This document shows, in pieces, positions 29,466 through 38,928 of a stretch of DNA of 64,000 nucleotides. The DNA lies in contig CALMJY010000238.1 in the NCBI GenBank assembly GCA_937864815.1, positions 20,477-84,476 on the forward strand. The letters are read 5' to 3'. Each line of letters opens with the position of its first letter. Positions within the stretch are counted from its first letter, which is position 1. The position numbers and the translations under genes were made by a program. Source of the DNA: an uncultured Bacteroidota bacterium (GTDB lineage: Bacteria; Bacteroidota; Bacteroidia; Bacteroidales; VadinHA17). Below the pieces are notes generated by a model that worked only from the letters and a program-made list of their open reading frames with translations, was not told where the DNA came from and did not search any database.

Positions 29466-30791
29466 ATGCTCAAAGAATTCAGGGAATATATTTCAGAAAG
29501 TAAAATGCCGGAACCGGGCTGCAGTATTCTTCTTGCTGTCAGTGGAGGCATTGATTCTATGGTAATGGCAGACCTGTTCCTTAAGGCTGATTACAAAACA
29601 GGTATAGCGCATTGTAACTTCAGCCTGAGAGGTAAAGCTTCTGACTTCGACGAGAAATTAGTAAAGAACTACGCCACTGCTAATAATATTCCGTTCTTTT
29701 CAATAAGATTCAAAACCAAAGAATATGCAATAAAGAAAGGGATCTCAGTTCAAATGGCTGCACGTGAACTGCGTTATGAATGGTTTGAAAAAATCAGGAT
29801 TGAAAATGGTTACAATTATATAGCAGTTGCCCACAATCTTAACGATAATATTGAGACACTTCTGATTAACCTTGCAAGGGGTACAGGAATTACCGGCCTT
29901 GCGGGCATAAGGCCTGTAAGCGTTAATATAATCAGGCCACTGCTGTTTGCAACCCGTGCTGATATTGAAGACTATTGTAAAAAGAATAAGATAAAATACC
30001 GTGAGGACAGTTCAAATGCCGAAACAAAATATACCAGGAACAGGATCAGACATATAATAATTCCTGAATTGAAAAAAATAAATCCGTCAATCGAAAAAAC
30101 ACTTGGTGAAACAATAATCAGGCTGAGAGAAACGGACGATCTGCTTTCAGGAGTTATTAACGGAATAAGAAATACCTTATCAGTATGTGAGGAAGGTAAA
30201 ATTTCATATTATGTTGAAAAGCTTAAAAATTACCTGCAGGAAAACATAGTTCTTTTTGAGATTTTCAGGCCGTATGGTCTCTCCGGTTCACAAACAGGTG
30301 ATCTCAAGGATGTTATTATTGGCAAAACAGGAGGACAGCTCTTTACAAGCACCCACAGAATTGTGAAAAACAGGAATATGGTTGTTGTTTCACCAATTGA
30401 AAAAATGACTAATCCTGTTTATATAATTCCATCCATTGAAGAACTGAAAGGTATTCCATTTATTTCTTCTGCAACATCGGTAAAAATTTCGTCAGGATTT
30501 GCACTAACCGATAATAAATTGACTGCTTTTATTGACGAAAACGAAGTTGAATATCCTGTTATAATCAGGAAATGGCAGAATGGTGATTTTTTCTATCCTC
30601 TGGGAATGAAGACCAAAAAGAAGGTAAGCGATTTTCTCATTGACATTAAAAAATCGCTGACAGAAAAAGAAAGAATTTATGTACTTGAATCGGGTGGAAA
30701 AATTGCATGGGTTATTGGCGAAAGAATTGATGACCGTTTCAGAATTAAACCGTCATCAAAAAAAGCCCTGATTATAAAAGCATCTATCTGA
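29466..30791 (+). CDS. tilS: tRNA(Ile)-lysidine synthase
   Basis: PP-loop LLAVSGGIDSMVMA, downstream AHNLNDNIETLL, and a TilS C-terminal domain. The ATG is at 29466; the track uses the GTG at 29463. Confidence 0.88.
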   Translation: MLKEFREYISESKMPEPGCSILLAVSGGIDSMVMADLFLKADYKTGIAHCNFSLRGKASDFDEKLVKNYATANNIPFFSIRFKTKEYAIKKGISVQMAARELRYEWFEKIRIENGYNYIAVAHNLNDNIETLLINLARGTGITGLAGIRPVSVNIIRPLLFATRADIEDYCKKNKIKYREDSSNAETKYTRNRIRHIIIPELKKINPSIEKTLGETIIRLRETDDLLSGVINGIRNTLSVCEEGKISYYVEKLKNYLQENIVLFEIFRPYGLSGSQTGDLKDVIIGKTGGQLFTSTHRIVKNRNMVVVSPIEKMTNPVYIIPSIEELKGIPFISSATSVKISSGFALTDNKLTAFIDENEVEYPVIIRKWQNGDFFYPLGMKTKKKVSDFLIDIKKSLTEKERIYVLESGGKIAWVIGERIDDRFRIKPSSKKALIIKASI

Positions 30792-30794
30792 ATT

Positions 30795-31787
30795 TTACTT
30801 TCTCTCTCCGTGTATTCCCCTGTCAATTAGCATCAGATCAGCAAGTACGATAGCCGTAACTGATTCGACTATAACAGGAATTCTTAATGCTATGCACGTA
30901 TCATGACGTCCCTTGACCTTTAGAGTAGTCATTTTCTTTTCCACGAAATCAAAAGTTGTCTGATCTGCACCTGTTGATGAAGTTGGTTTGACCACTGTAC
31001 GGAAGATTATCTCATTACCGTTCGTGATACCACCATTAATTCCCCCTGCATTATTAGAGGCTGTTTTTCCATATAAATCAATAAACGGATCATTATGTTG
31101 TGAACCTCTCATTGAAGCAGCTGCAAATCCGGCTCCGAATTCAATGCCTTTTATAGCAGGTATAGAAAAAACCATATGACTCAGAGCTGATTCAAAGGAA
31201 TAAAAAAATGGTTCCCCAAGGCCGGCAGGTGGATTCTGAACCCTGCATTCTATAATACCTCCGATAGTGTCATTTGATTCTATTGCTTTATCAAGAGCCT
31301 CCTCTATATTATCTGATCCTCCGGCAGAAATCAGTTTTGCAGAGATATTTGAATTTCCTGCGATCTTTTTAGCAATTACACCGGCAGCTACCAGTCCCCA
31401 TGTTATACGCCCTGAAAAATGACCGCTCCCGCGCATATCCGAATAACCCGAATATTTCATTGAGGATACAAAGTCAGCATGACCTGGCCGGGGTATCTTT
31501 TTAAATTCATCATAGTCGGATGAAATTTTATCGCTGTTTCTGGTAACAAGTGTGATTGGAGCTCCGGTTGTATGATCCTGAAACACACCGCTAAGAATCT
31601 CAGGCAGATCAGGCTCACGTCTTTTGGTTGTACCTCTGCTCCCGCTCTGCCGTCTTTTCAGATCAGGTAAAAAATCATCTGCTTTAATCGATATACCGGG
31701 AGGACAACCGTCAATTACCACACCTATAGCGGGACCATGTGATTCTCCAAAAATTGATACTCTGAAAATAACTCCAAAGGAATTCAT
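30795..31787 (-). CDS. aroC: chorismate synthase
   Basis: MNSFGVIFRVSIFGESHGPAIGVVIDGCPPG, GRHDTC and related motifs. Starting at 31787 leaves 4 nt after the aroB stop, which fits better than the overlapping track start at 31826. Confidence 0.92.
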   Translation of the reverse strand: MNSFGVIFRVSIFGESHGPAIGVVIDGCPPGISIKADDFLPDLKRRQSGSRGTTKRREPDLPEILSGVFQDHTTGAPITLVTRNSDKISSDYDEFKKIPRPGHADFVSSMKYSGYSDMRGSGHFSGRITWGLVAAGVIAKKIAGNSNISAKLISAGGSDNIEEALDKAIESNDTIGGIIECRVQNPPAGLGEPFFYSFESALSHMVFSIPAIKGIEFGAGFAAASMRGSQHNDPFIDLYGKTASNNAGGINGGITNGNEIIFRTVVKPTSSTGADQTTFDFVEKKMTTLKVKGRHDTCIALRIPVIVESVTAIVLADLMLIDRGIHGERK

Positions 31788-31791
31788 AATA

Positions 31792-32829
31792 TTATTTTTT
31801 TTGCCTGAATCGATTATAAAAACCAAGTATTTCCGAAACAGATATTTTTTTTACTGTAGCTTTTCCTATGCCCTCAGTAAGAACGAAATGAATAGACGAC
31901 CCCGATTTCTTTTTATCGTGAACTATCAGATGCTCCATATCAGCTTCTGTTATATACTGCTTTTCAAGCAGTTTGAAATCCCTGAGGATAGAAATTATCC
32001 TCTCTTTCTCTGATGAGGAAATTAAACCCATTTCATTAGAAAACTCAGCAGCAAGTTCCATTCCTGAGGCAACCGCGAAACCATGTTTAATACCTCTATG
32101 AAGTTCAATAGCATGTCCGAAAGTATGACCAAAATTGAGAATCCGGCGTAATCCGGTCTCATTTTCATCTTCAGAAACAACCCTGGATTTAAAGTTTACG
32201 GCCTGTGTTACAAGCATCGTTAACATATCAATGTCACGTGCAAGAATTTCCTTCCTGCTGTTTTCAATTATTTCGAAGAGATCCTTATCTCCAATTATTG
32301 CAGTCTTGATCAACTCTGAAAGTCCGGACAGGAATTCGTCATCAGGGAGGGTTGACAACATAGAAGGGTCACAGATCACAAACTCAGGCTGCCGTATTGT
32401 ACCTATCATATTCTTCGCGGAGCCCAGGTTAACCCCGTTTTTACCACCTGTGCTGGCATCAACCTGCGACAGAAGACTGGTGGAAACAAATCCGCATCTG
32501 ATCCCCCTCATATAAACAGAAGCCAGAAATCCTCCAATATCACATACAACGCCACCTCCTATTGCCAGGATGAAACCCGACCGGTCTATTCCGTTTTCAA
32601 GCAGTTTCAGGGCCAAACCTTCCACTACCGACATCTTCTTGCTATTCTCGCCCGGGGCAACTGAAAATACCGGCGCAACTGGGAACTGTTTACCATAAAT
32701 CCCGAGTACATTATCATCTGTCAGAATAACAACCCCGGTTTCGGGCAGCAGTTCATTCACAAGGCTCCACTGCGGTCCAATCAGAATTTCTGATTTTGAA
32801 TTTGGTGTATTGATAAATATCTTTTCCAA
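31792..32829 (-). CDS. aroB: 3-dehydroquinate synthase
   Basis: Glycine-rich NAD site LAIGGGVVCDIGGF and metal site NFGHTFGHAIE. Confidence 0.9.
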   Translation of the reverse strand: MEKIFINTPNSKSEILIGPQWSLVNELLPETGVVILTDDNVLGIYGKQFPVAPVFSVAPGENSKKMSVVEGLALKLLENGIDRSGFILAIGGGVVCDIGGFLASVYMRGIRCGFVSTSLLSQVDASTGGKNGVNLGSAKNMIGTIRQPEFVICDPSMLSTLPDDEFLSGLSELIKTAIIGDKDLFEIIENSRKEILARDIDMLTMLVTQAVNFKSRVVSEDENETGLRRILNFGHTFGHAIELHRGIKHGFAVASGMELAAEFSNEMGLISSSEKERIISILRDFKLLEKQYITEADMEHLIVHDKKKSGSSIHFVLTEGIGKATVKKISVSEILGFYNRFRQKK

Positions 32830-32899
32830 TTTCAGGTAATATAAATGCTAAGGTAATCAATTCATTTTGCAAAAAGATAAGTATATACAATTAAGAGAA

Positions 32900-34783
32900 T
32901 CAGCCTGACTTTTCATTCAGTTCAAGCCATCGCATCTCCTTTTCATCAAGTGTTTTAAGAATATCACCATGCCTCTTTGATTTTTTCAGGAGTTCATTAT
33001 GTTCAAGATTACTGCTTCTCAACTCCTCTTCAATTATCCGTTTTTCCTTTTCAAGATTTTCAATTTCATAAGTCAGTGCCTCATACTCCTTTTTTTCATT
33101 GAAGGAAAGTCCTGATTTTCTGCTCCTTTTCAATCCTGAATCGCTAATTGATTTAGCTGCTTCACGAGGTTTATCTTTTGTCTGAACAGCTTCCTTCTCC
33201 TCATTCTCTTCTTCCTGGTTCCTCAGCTGGGTATAATTGCCGGGAAAATCTTTTATTAATCCATCTCCTTTATTTTCAAATATATGATCAACTACCTTGT
33301 CCATAAAATATCTGTCATGGGAAACGACCATAACACATCCCCTGAATCCGGCCAGATATTCCTCAAGTACATTAAGTGTAAGTATATCAAGATCATTCGT
33401 AGGTTCATCGAGAATCAGAAAATTTGGGTTTTTCATGAGTACAGTGAGAAGATAGAGCCTCCTCTTTTCACCTCCGGAGAGTTTCCTTATAAGGGTATAC
33501 TGCTTATCCGGAGGGAAAAGGAAATAATTTAAAAACTGTGTTACTGAAAGCGTGCTTCCATCTCCCAGGACAACAGTTTCAGCGATCTTCTTAACAGCAT
33601 CTATCACAGTCATGTCATCGTCAAACTCAATCCCTTCCTGGCGATAATAACCAAAAACTATGGTTTCGCCTTTTTCAACGGTTCCTGAATCAGGTGTGAC
33701 AAGTCCTGTAATTATGTTCAGCAAGGTTGTCTTTCCAGTTCCGTTTTTTCCAATAAGACCAACTTTTTCGAATCTGTTGAATGTGTATGAAAAATCGCTT
33801 ATAAGCAATTTATCTTCATAAGACTTGCTTATATTTTTAATCTCAAGGATCTTATTACCCATCCTCGAAATATTGACATTAATATTTATAGACTGATCAC
33901 CAGCCTTATAAACTGATTTTTCCTTAAGATCGTAAAAAGAGTCGATTCTCGATTTTGCCTTATGCCTCCGTGCTTTTGGCATCCTCCTCATCCATTCGAG
34001 TTCAGTCCTGAGGAGGTTTCTGGCCTTGTCAACATTTGCTTTTTCAGCCTGTTCACGCATCTCCTTCTTCTCCAGAAAATATTCATAATTTCCTGAATAA
34101 CTATATAGCTGATTGCCTGATAATTCCATTATCATGTTACATACCCTGTCAAGAAAATACCTGTCATGTGTTACCATCAGTATAGTCTTATTCGACTTAA
34201 TCAGGTACTCTTCAAACCATTCTATCATATCAAGGTCAAGATGGTTTGTTGGTTCATCAAGGATTAGTAAATCTGAATCTTCGACCAGGACTTTGGCAAG
34301 GGCTACCCTCTTCTTCTGACCACCGGAAAGGGTACCAATCCTGGCATTGAGATCTGTAAGTTTCAATCGGAAAAGTATCTGTTTCACAGCCACTTCATAC
34401 TCCCATGCTTTAAGATCATCCATTAACTGAATGATCTGGTGAAGATTCTCGTGATTCTCCGATGAAAGACATTTTTCATATTCTTTTATGGCTCTTACAA
34501 GTTCAGAATCGCCTGAAAAAAGCTCATCGATAATTGTATAAGATTCGTTTAAATGCGGATACTGTCTAAGGTATGCGATTTTCAGACCTCTCCGTATCGT
34601 AAGAGTTCCATTATCAGGGCTTTCAATGCAGACAATTATATCGAGCATGGAGGATTTGCCGGCACCATTAACTGCTATCAAGGCAATCTTGTCGTCCTTG
34701 TTAACATTCAATGTTATGTTTTCAAAGATTATCCTGTCTCCTATCCGTCTTGAAATATTATCTGCCTGAAGGTAACTAACCAT
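32900..34783 (-). CDS. ABC-F family ATPase (translation-factor type; no TM domain)
   Basis: Two ABC cassettes (Walker A NGAGKSS and GKNGTGKTT; signatures LSGGQKKR and LSGGEKRR) and a C-terminal charged coiled-coil tail. Confidence 0.88.
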   Translation of the reverse strand: MVSYLQADNISRRIGDRIIFENITLNVNKDDKIALIAVNGAGKSSMLDIIVCIESPDNGTLTIRRGLKIAYLRQYPHLNESYTIIDELFSGDSELVRAIKEYEKCLSSENHENLHQIIQLMDDLKAWEYEVAVKQILFRLKLTDLNARIGTLSGGQKKRVALAKVLVEDSDLLILDEPTNHLDLDMIEWFEEYLIKSNKTILMVTHDRYFLDRVCNMIMELSGNQLYSYSGNYEYFLEKKEMREQAEKANVDKARNLLRTELEWMRRMPKARRHKAKSRIDSFYDLKEKSVYKAGDQSININVNISRMGNKILEIKNISKSYEDKLLISDFSYTFNRFEKVGLIGKNGTGKTTLLNIITGLVTPDSGTVEKGETIVFGYYRQEGIEFDDDMTVIDAVKKIAETVVLGDGSTLSVTQFLNYFLFPPDKQYTLIRKLSGGEKRRLYLLTVLMKNPNFLILDEPTNDLDILTLNVLEEYLAGFRGCVMVVSHDRYFMDKVVDHIFENKGDGLIKDFPGNYTQLRNQEEENEEKEAVQTKDKPREAAKSISDSGLKRSRKSGLSFNEKKEYEALTYEIENLEKEKRIIEEELRSSNLEHNELLKKSKRHGDILKTLDEKEMRWLELNEKSG

Positions 34784-34799
34784 TTTAAAGAATATTGCG

Positions 34800-34807
34800 C
34801 AAAGATA
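34800..34807 (-). promoter_or_regulatory. Bacteroidota -7 box (TATCTTTG on minus strand) for ABC-F gene
   Basis: Exact TAnnTTTG match, 16 nt upstream of the ATG at 34783. Confidence 0.45.
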
Positions 34808-34843
34808 AAAAGTGTTACCTTACCACCACTATTATTTTTTCTT

Positions 34844-35482
34844 ATGACCTTAAAAGAAAGATACAGAAGAACGATTGAATATTTCCAGGTAAATAATCCG
34901 CTAGCCGATACCGAACTTGAATTTAACAGTCCGTTTGAACTCATCGTAGCAGTTATTCTTTCAGCGCAGTGTACAGATAAAAGAGTAAATATTATAATGC
35001 CACCCCTTATTGAAAAATATCCTGATGCCGAATCGATGGCAAAATCGACTCCGAAGGAAATATTTCATTATATTAAATCATGTTCCTATCCAAACAACAA
35101 GGCAAAGCACCTTTCCGGAATGTCCAGGATGCTTACTGAGGAATTCGGAGGAATAGTACCATCCGATCCTATACTTCTTCAGCGTTTACCCGGGGTTGGA
35201 AGAAAGACAGCTAATGTAGTAGCATCAGTCCTGTTTAAGAAGCCTGTAATGGCTGTTGATACACATGTATTCAGAGTGGCCAACAGAATTGGTCTTACCA
35301 GAGCAAAAAATCCTTACAGCAGTGAAATGCAGCTAACTAAGAATATACCAGGGGAACTGATTCACATGGCACATCACTGGCTCATCCTTCATGGCAGATA
35401 CATTTGCAAATCAAGAGTTCCGCTTTGTAAGGAATGCGGATTAACAGATTTCTGTAAATACTATATTAAAAAGGTGGATTGA
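34844..35482 (+). CDS. nth: endonuclease III
   Basis: HhH-GPD motif LPGVGRKTANVV and [4Fe-4S] cluster loop CKSRVPLCKECGLTDFC. Confidence 0.92.
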   Translation: MTLKERYRRTIEYFQVNNPLADTELEFNSPFELIVAVILSAQCTDKRVNIIMPPLIEKYPDAESMAKSTPKEIFHYIKSCSYPNNKAKHLSGMSRMLTEEFGGIVPSDPILLQRLPGVGRKTANVVASVLFKKPVMAVDTHVFRVANRIGLTRAKNPYSSEMQLTKNIPGELIHMAHHWLILHGRYICKSRVPLCKECGLTDFCKYYIKKVD

Positions 35483-35571
35483 AAAGATTTAAAAAAAATT
35501 ATAAATAATCTGAAGAAAAATCCCATTAGATGTATTATTTGTTATTTTTAACCGTCAATCTGACTGCTTAA

Positions 35572-37614
35572 ATGATATTTAAAGGGAAAGATAAGGATGA
35601 TAATACTTTCAGGGATAAAGTACTTCTTGAAAATCTATACCATTCTATCCCTTCTGCTATTGCGATTACAACTCCTTCCGGTGTTGTAACAATGATAAAC
35701 AGCGAGTTCACAAAGCTTTTTGGTTATACCATGGAGGAGGCATCAGGCAGGCTGCTCAATGAACTTGTCGTACCTGATGATTACATGGAAGAAGCAACCC
35801 GGATTGACCTTCTTTCGTCTGAAAACATGAATAAAGTAAGGCAGACAATAAGGAAAGATAATAAAGGAAACCGGATATATATCTCTCTTGTTGCCCGTGG
35901 AATCTTTATCAATAATGAGCTTGTTGCCAACCTTGCTATATACAGTGATATCTCAGCCGAAAGAAAGAAACAATTACTACAGGAAATACTTTTCAATATA
36001 TCAACAGCTGCCATCAAACAGTATGATCTTAAGGAAATTTATCCGACAATAGTGAGCGAAATAAACAAGATCTGGGATACAAATAACTTTTTCATTGCAC
36101 TCTATAACAAAGATGAAGACAAACTATCGCTTCCATTTTTTGCTGATGAGAAAGACAGTTTTGCTGATATACCCACCGAAAAAACAATTACCGGCTACGT
36201 AATTAAACAGAACAAATCGGTTCTTTTAAAAGAAAACGACCTCAAAATTCTGGAAGAAGAGGGGGAGATTGATCTTATTGGTACTCCCTGTAAGGTATGG
36301 ATGGGTGTGCCTCTGAGGGTTGAAGGAAGCATTATCGGGGTGATGTGTCTTCAGGATTATAATGACGAAAATAAGTTCTTAATGGACGATGTCTATGTAC
36401 TTGATTTTATTGCCAATCAGGTAGCATTATCCATACAGAGAAGAATGATGCTTGACAATCTTATTATTGCAAGACAAAAAGCAGAGGAAGCCGCCCAGTC
36501 GAAACAGCTGTTTATGTCGACAATGAGTCACGAAATCAGAACACCGCTGAATGAAGTAATTGGGATCACTAATCTCCTGATGCAGGGACAACCCCGTGAA
36601 GACCAGATGGATTTTATCAAGACACTTAAATTCTCTGGCAACCACCTTCTTACACTTGTAAACGATGTCCTTGATTACAATAAGATGGAATCAGGGAAAA
36701 TTGTTTTTGAACAAACCCAGTTTAATCTGAGCGATTTCCTTGAGGAAATAATGCGTTCATATTCATTCAGATCCAAAGCTAAAAATCTCAGTTTTGATCT
36801 TAATAAGGACCAGTTTCTCCCGGTAGAAGTGATTGGAGACCCGATCAGGTTGAACCAGATCCTCTCCAATCTGCTGTCAAATGCCCTTAAATTTACAAAC
36901 CAGGGAGGTATTCATGTTGTTGTACGTGAGCTTTCAAGAAATGGAAACCAGGCAAAGGTTGAATTTACTGTAACTGATACCGGGATTGGGATACCAAAGG
37001 AAATGCACACTGCAATTTTTGACGGATTCACTCAGGCTTCAGCCGATACAACCAGACAATACGGGGGCACCGGCCTCGGGCTTGCCATCTGCAAAAAACT
37101 TATCGAGCTCCAGGGGGGAACAATTTTTATTGAAAGTGAACCTGGAAAGGGTTCATCGTTCAGGTTTGCAATAACTCTTGGAGTATCGGAAAAGAGCAGT
37201 CTTGGTCAAAAAGCTGAAATCCCTGAAAACTTTACAGGCCTCGAAGGAAAAAGAATACTGATTGCCGAAGATAATAAGATAAACTTCTTTGTAGCCAATA
37301 AATTCCTTACCGGATGGGGTGTCAAGGTAACACATGCTGAAAATGGACAGCTTGCCCTGGAAAAAGTAAGATCTGAGAATTTTGATCTTATACTTATGGA
37401 TCTCCAGATGCCTGTCATGGATGGAATTGAGGCATCAAGGATAATAAGGGAATCAAATGATCCTATGATTAAAAGTATCCCGATAGTGGCACTAACTGCT
37501 GCAATAATGTCTGAAAACCACGATAAGATCGAATCGCTTCACATAAATGATTACGTTCTGAAGCCATTCAAGCCTCATGACCTGTTCGAAAGAATACTGA
37601 AGCATGTAAGATAA
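35572..37614 (+). CDS. hybrid sensor histidine kinase/response regulator (PAS-GAF-HisKA-HATPase-REC)
   Basis: H-box [12 protein letters not shown] boxes ([26 protein letters not shown]), and a C-terminal receiver (ILIAEDN...[14 protein letters not shown]...LKPF). Confidence 0.9.
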   Translation: MIFKGKDKDDNTFRDKVLLENLYHSIPSAIAITTPSGVVTMINSEFTKLFGYTMEEASGRLLNELVVPDDYMEEATRIDLLSSENMNKVRQTIRKDNKGNRIYISLVARGIFINNELVANLAIYSDISAERKKQLLQEILFNISTAAIKQYDLKEIYPTIVSEINKIWDTNNFFIALYNKDEDKLSLPFFADEKDSFADIPTEKTITGYVIKQNKSVLLKENDLKILEEEGEIDLIGTPCKVWMGVPLRVEGSIIGVMCLQDYNDENKFLMDDVYVLDFIANQVALSIQRRMMLDNLIIARQKAEEAAQSKQLFMSTMSHEIRTPLNEVIGITNLLMQGQPREDQMDFIKTLKFSGNHLLTLVNDVLDYNKMESGKIVFEQTQFNLSDFLEEIMRSYSFRSKAKNLSFDLNKDQFLPVEVIGDPIRLNQILSNLLSNALKFTNQGGIHVVVRELSRNGNQAKVEFTVTDTGIGIPKEMHTAIFDGFTQASADTTRQYGGTGLGLAICKKLIELQGGTIFIESEPGKGSSFRFAITLGVSEKSSLGQKAEIPENFTGLEGKRILIAEDNKINFFVANKFLTGWGVKVTHAENGQLALEKVRSENFDLILMDLQMPVMDGIEASRIIRESNDPMIKSIPIVALTAAIMSENHDKIESLHINDYVLKPFKPHDLFERILKHVR

Positions 37615-37616
37615 AC

Positions 37617-37674
37617 GGCGACAGGCGACAGGCGACAGGCGACAGGCGTCAGGCGACAGGCGTCAGGCGTCAGG
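37617..37674. repeat. heptanucleotide tandem array (GGCGACA/GGCGTCA), 8 units
   Basis: The sequence reads GGCGACA x4, GGCGTCA, GGCGACA, GGCGTCA x2, then GG. It begins 2 nt after the kinase stop codon and lies between convergent genes. Confidence 0.95.
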
Positions 37675-37704
37675 AAAAAGATTTAATATCTATAGAACAG
37701 GTGA

Positions 37705-38928
37705 TTAACGACCTATGCAGTTTTTACTCAGATAAGACGATGCTTTCTGGTTTCCGAGTGAATATGATTTCTTGAAATCGTGACAGGCATCCTTAACATT
37801 TCCGATACTTAACAGTGAAATACCCTTATTGAGCCAGGCATCCGGATTATCAGGTTTCAGATCAAGTGACATACTGTAATCATCTGCAGCCCATTCCCAC
37901 GATTTTGATGCAAAATATGAATTAGCCCTGTCAATATAACAATCAGCATCGTTCGGATGCAGCTTAAGGTTTTTTGAAAAATATTCAAGTGCTTTAATGT
38001 TATCACCCGACTCCGCTTCAACTTTCCCCACAATACTTAAGGCTGATTTGTCCTCAGGGTAATACTCAAGAAATCTTTCAATGTCCTTTTTAGCCTTATC
38101 TGTTTCTCCGGTCCTCCTGTAACATTGAGCTCTGGATAATAATAGTCTGGCATCAGGAACTCCTGATTCAATCAGCTTTGAATACGTACCGGAAGCTCCG
38201 GCATAGTTTGATTGACCTTCCTGTCCTTTCGCAAGTAACCTCAGATATCCTGCATTTAGTGGATTCGAAGCTGTGAGTATAATTGCATTTGAAACCGCCT
38301 CATTATATTTACCAGATACAAAGTTTATAAGTGCTTCAGAATAAAGTGTTTCGTCACTGTCTGGATAATTCCTTTTCATTTCAGCCAGAATGCCTCTGGA
38401 ATCTTCGATCTTTTTTCCGGAAGTCAGGTATTCAATTTCTGCTCTGCTCCTCTCCGCTGCATTATACCAATCCTTTTTCCAGAATTGCCTCCATTCCGGT
38501 CGGTTTTCTATTCTTGCGAAGGAAGGATCAAGCATTATCTCTTTTTCGCTTTTCTTATATACTGATTCAAGGTGCATTCCCAGATGGTAAAGAGAAGTAG
38601 ATGCATCGCCTTTAACAGCATACGCTTTTGCCAGACCATAATCTCCGGAATGTTCAACGATTCGGTTTCCCTGGTTAAAGTCCTGTATAGCGGATGAAAG
38701 ATCATTTACTGATAAATATGCATCACCTCTCTGAACATAAAGTCTGCCGGAGGCATTTAATTCAATTGCCTTACTCAGAACACGGATGGCCTCATTGGTT
38801 TTACCCGATTCAGAGAGTGCTGTTGCTTTTAGGATAAAATCGACATCTCCCTGCCCACTGACATTGTTGCCGAGGTAAGTGATTATTAAAAGGAATATGA
38901 TTCTATCTTTTAGTCTCATCAGGATCAT
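37705..38928 (-). CDS. secreted tetratricopeptide-repeat (TPR) protein
   Basis: Signal peptide, then multiple 34-aa TPR-like units (for example AIRVLSKAIELNASGRLYVQRGDAYLSVNDLSSAIQDF and the C-terminal ADDYSMSLDLKPDNPDAWLNKG). Confidence 0.8.
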   Translation of the reverse strand: MILMRLKDRIIFLLIITYLGNNVSGQGDVDFILKATALSESGKTNEAIRVLSKAIELNASGRLYVQRGDAYLSVNDLSSAIQDFNQGNRIVEHSGDYGLAKAYAVKGDASTSLYHLGMHLESVYKKSEKEIMLDPSFARIENRPEWRQFWKKDWYNAAERSRAEIEYLTSGKKIEDSRGILAEMKRNYPDSDETLYSEALINFVSGKYNEAVSNAIILTASNPLNAGYLRLLAKGQEGQSNYAGASGTYSKLIESGVPDARLLLSRAQCYRRTGETDKAKKDIERFLEYYPEDKSALSIVGKVEAESGDNIKALEYFSKNLKLHPNDADCYIDRANSYFASKSWEWAADDYSMSLDLKPDNPDAWLNKGISLLSIGNVKDACHDFKKSYSLGNQKASSYLSKNCIGR

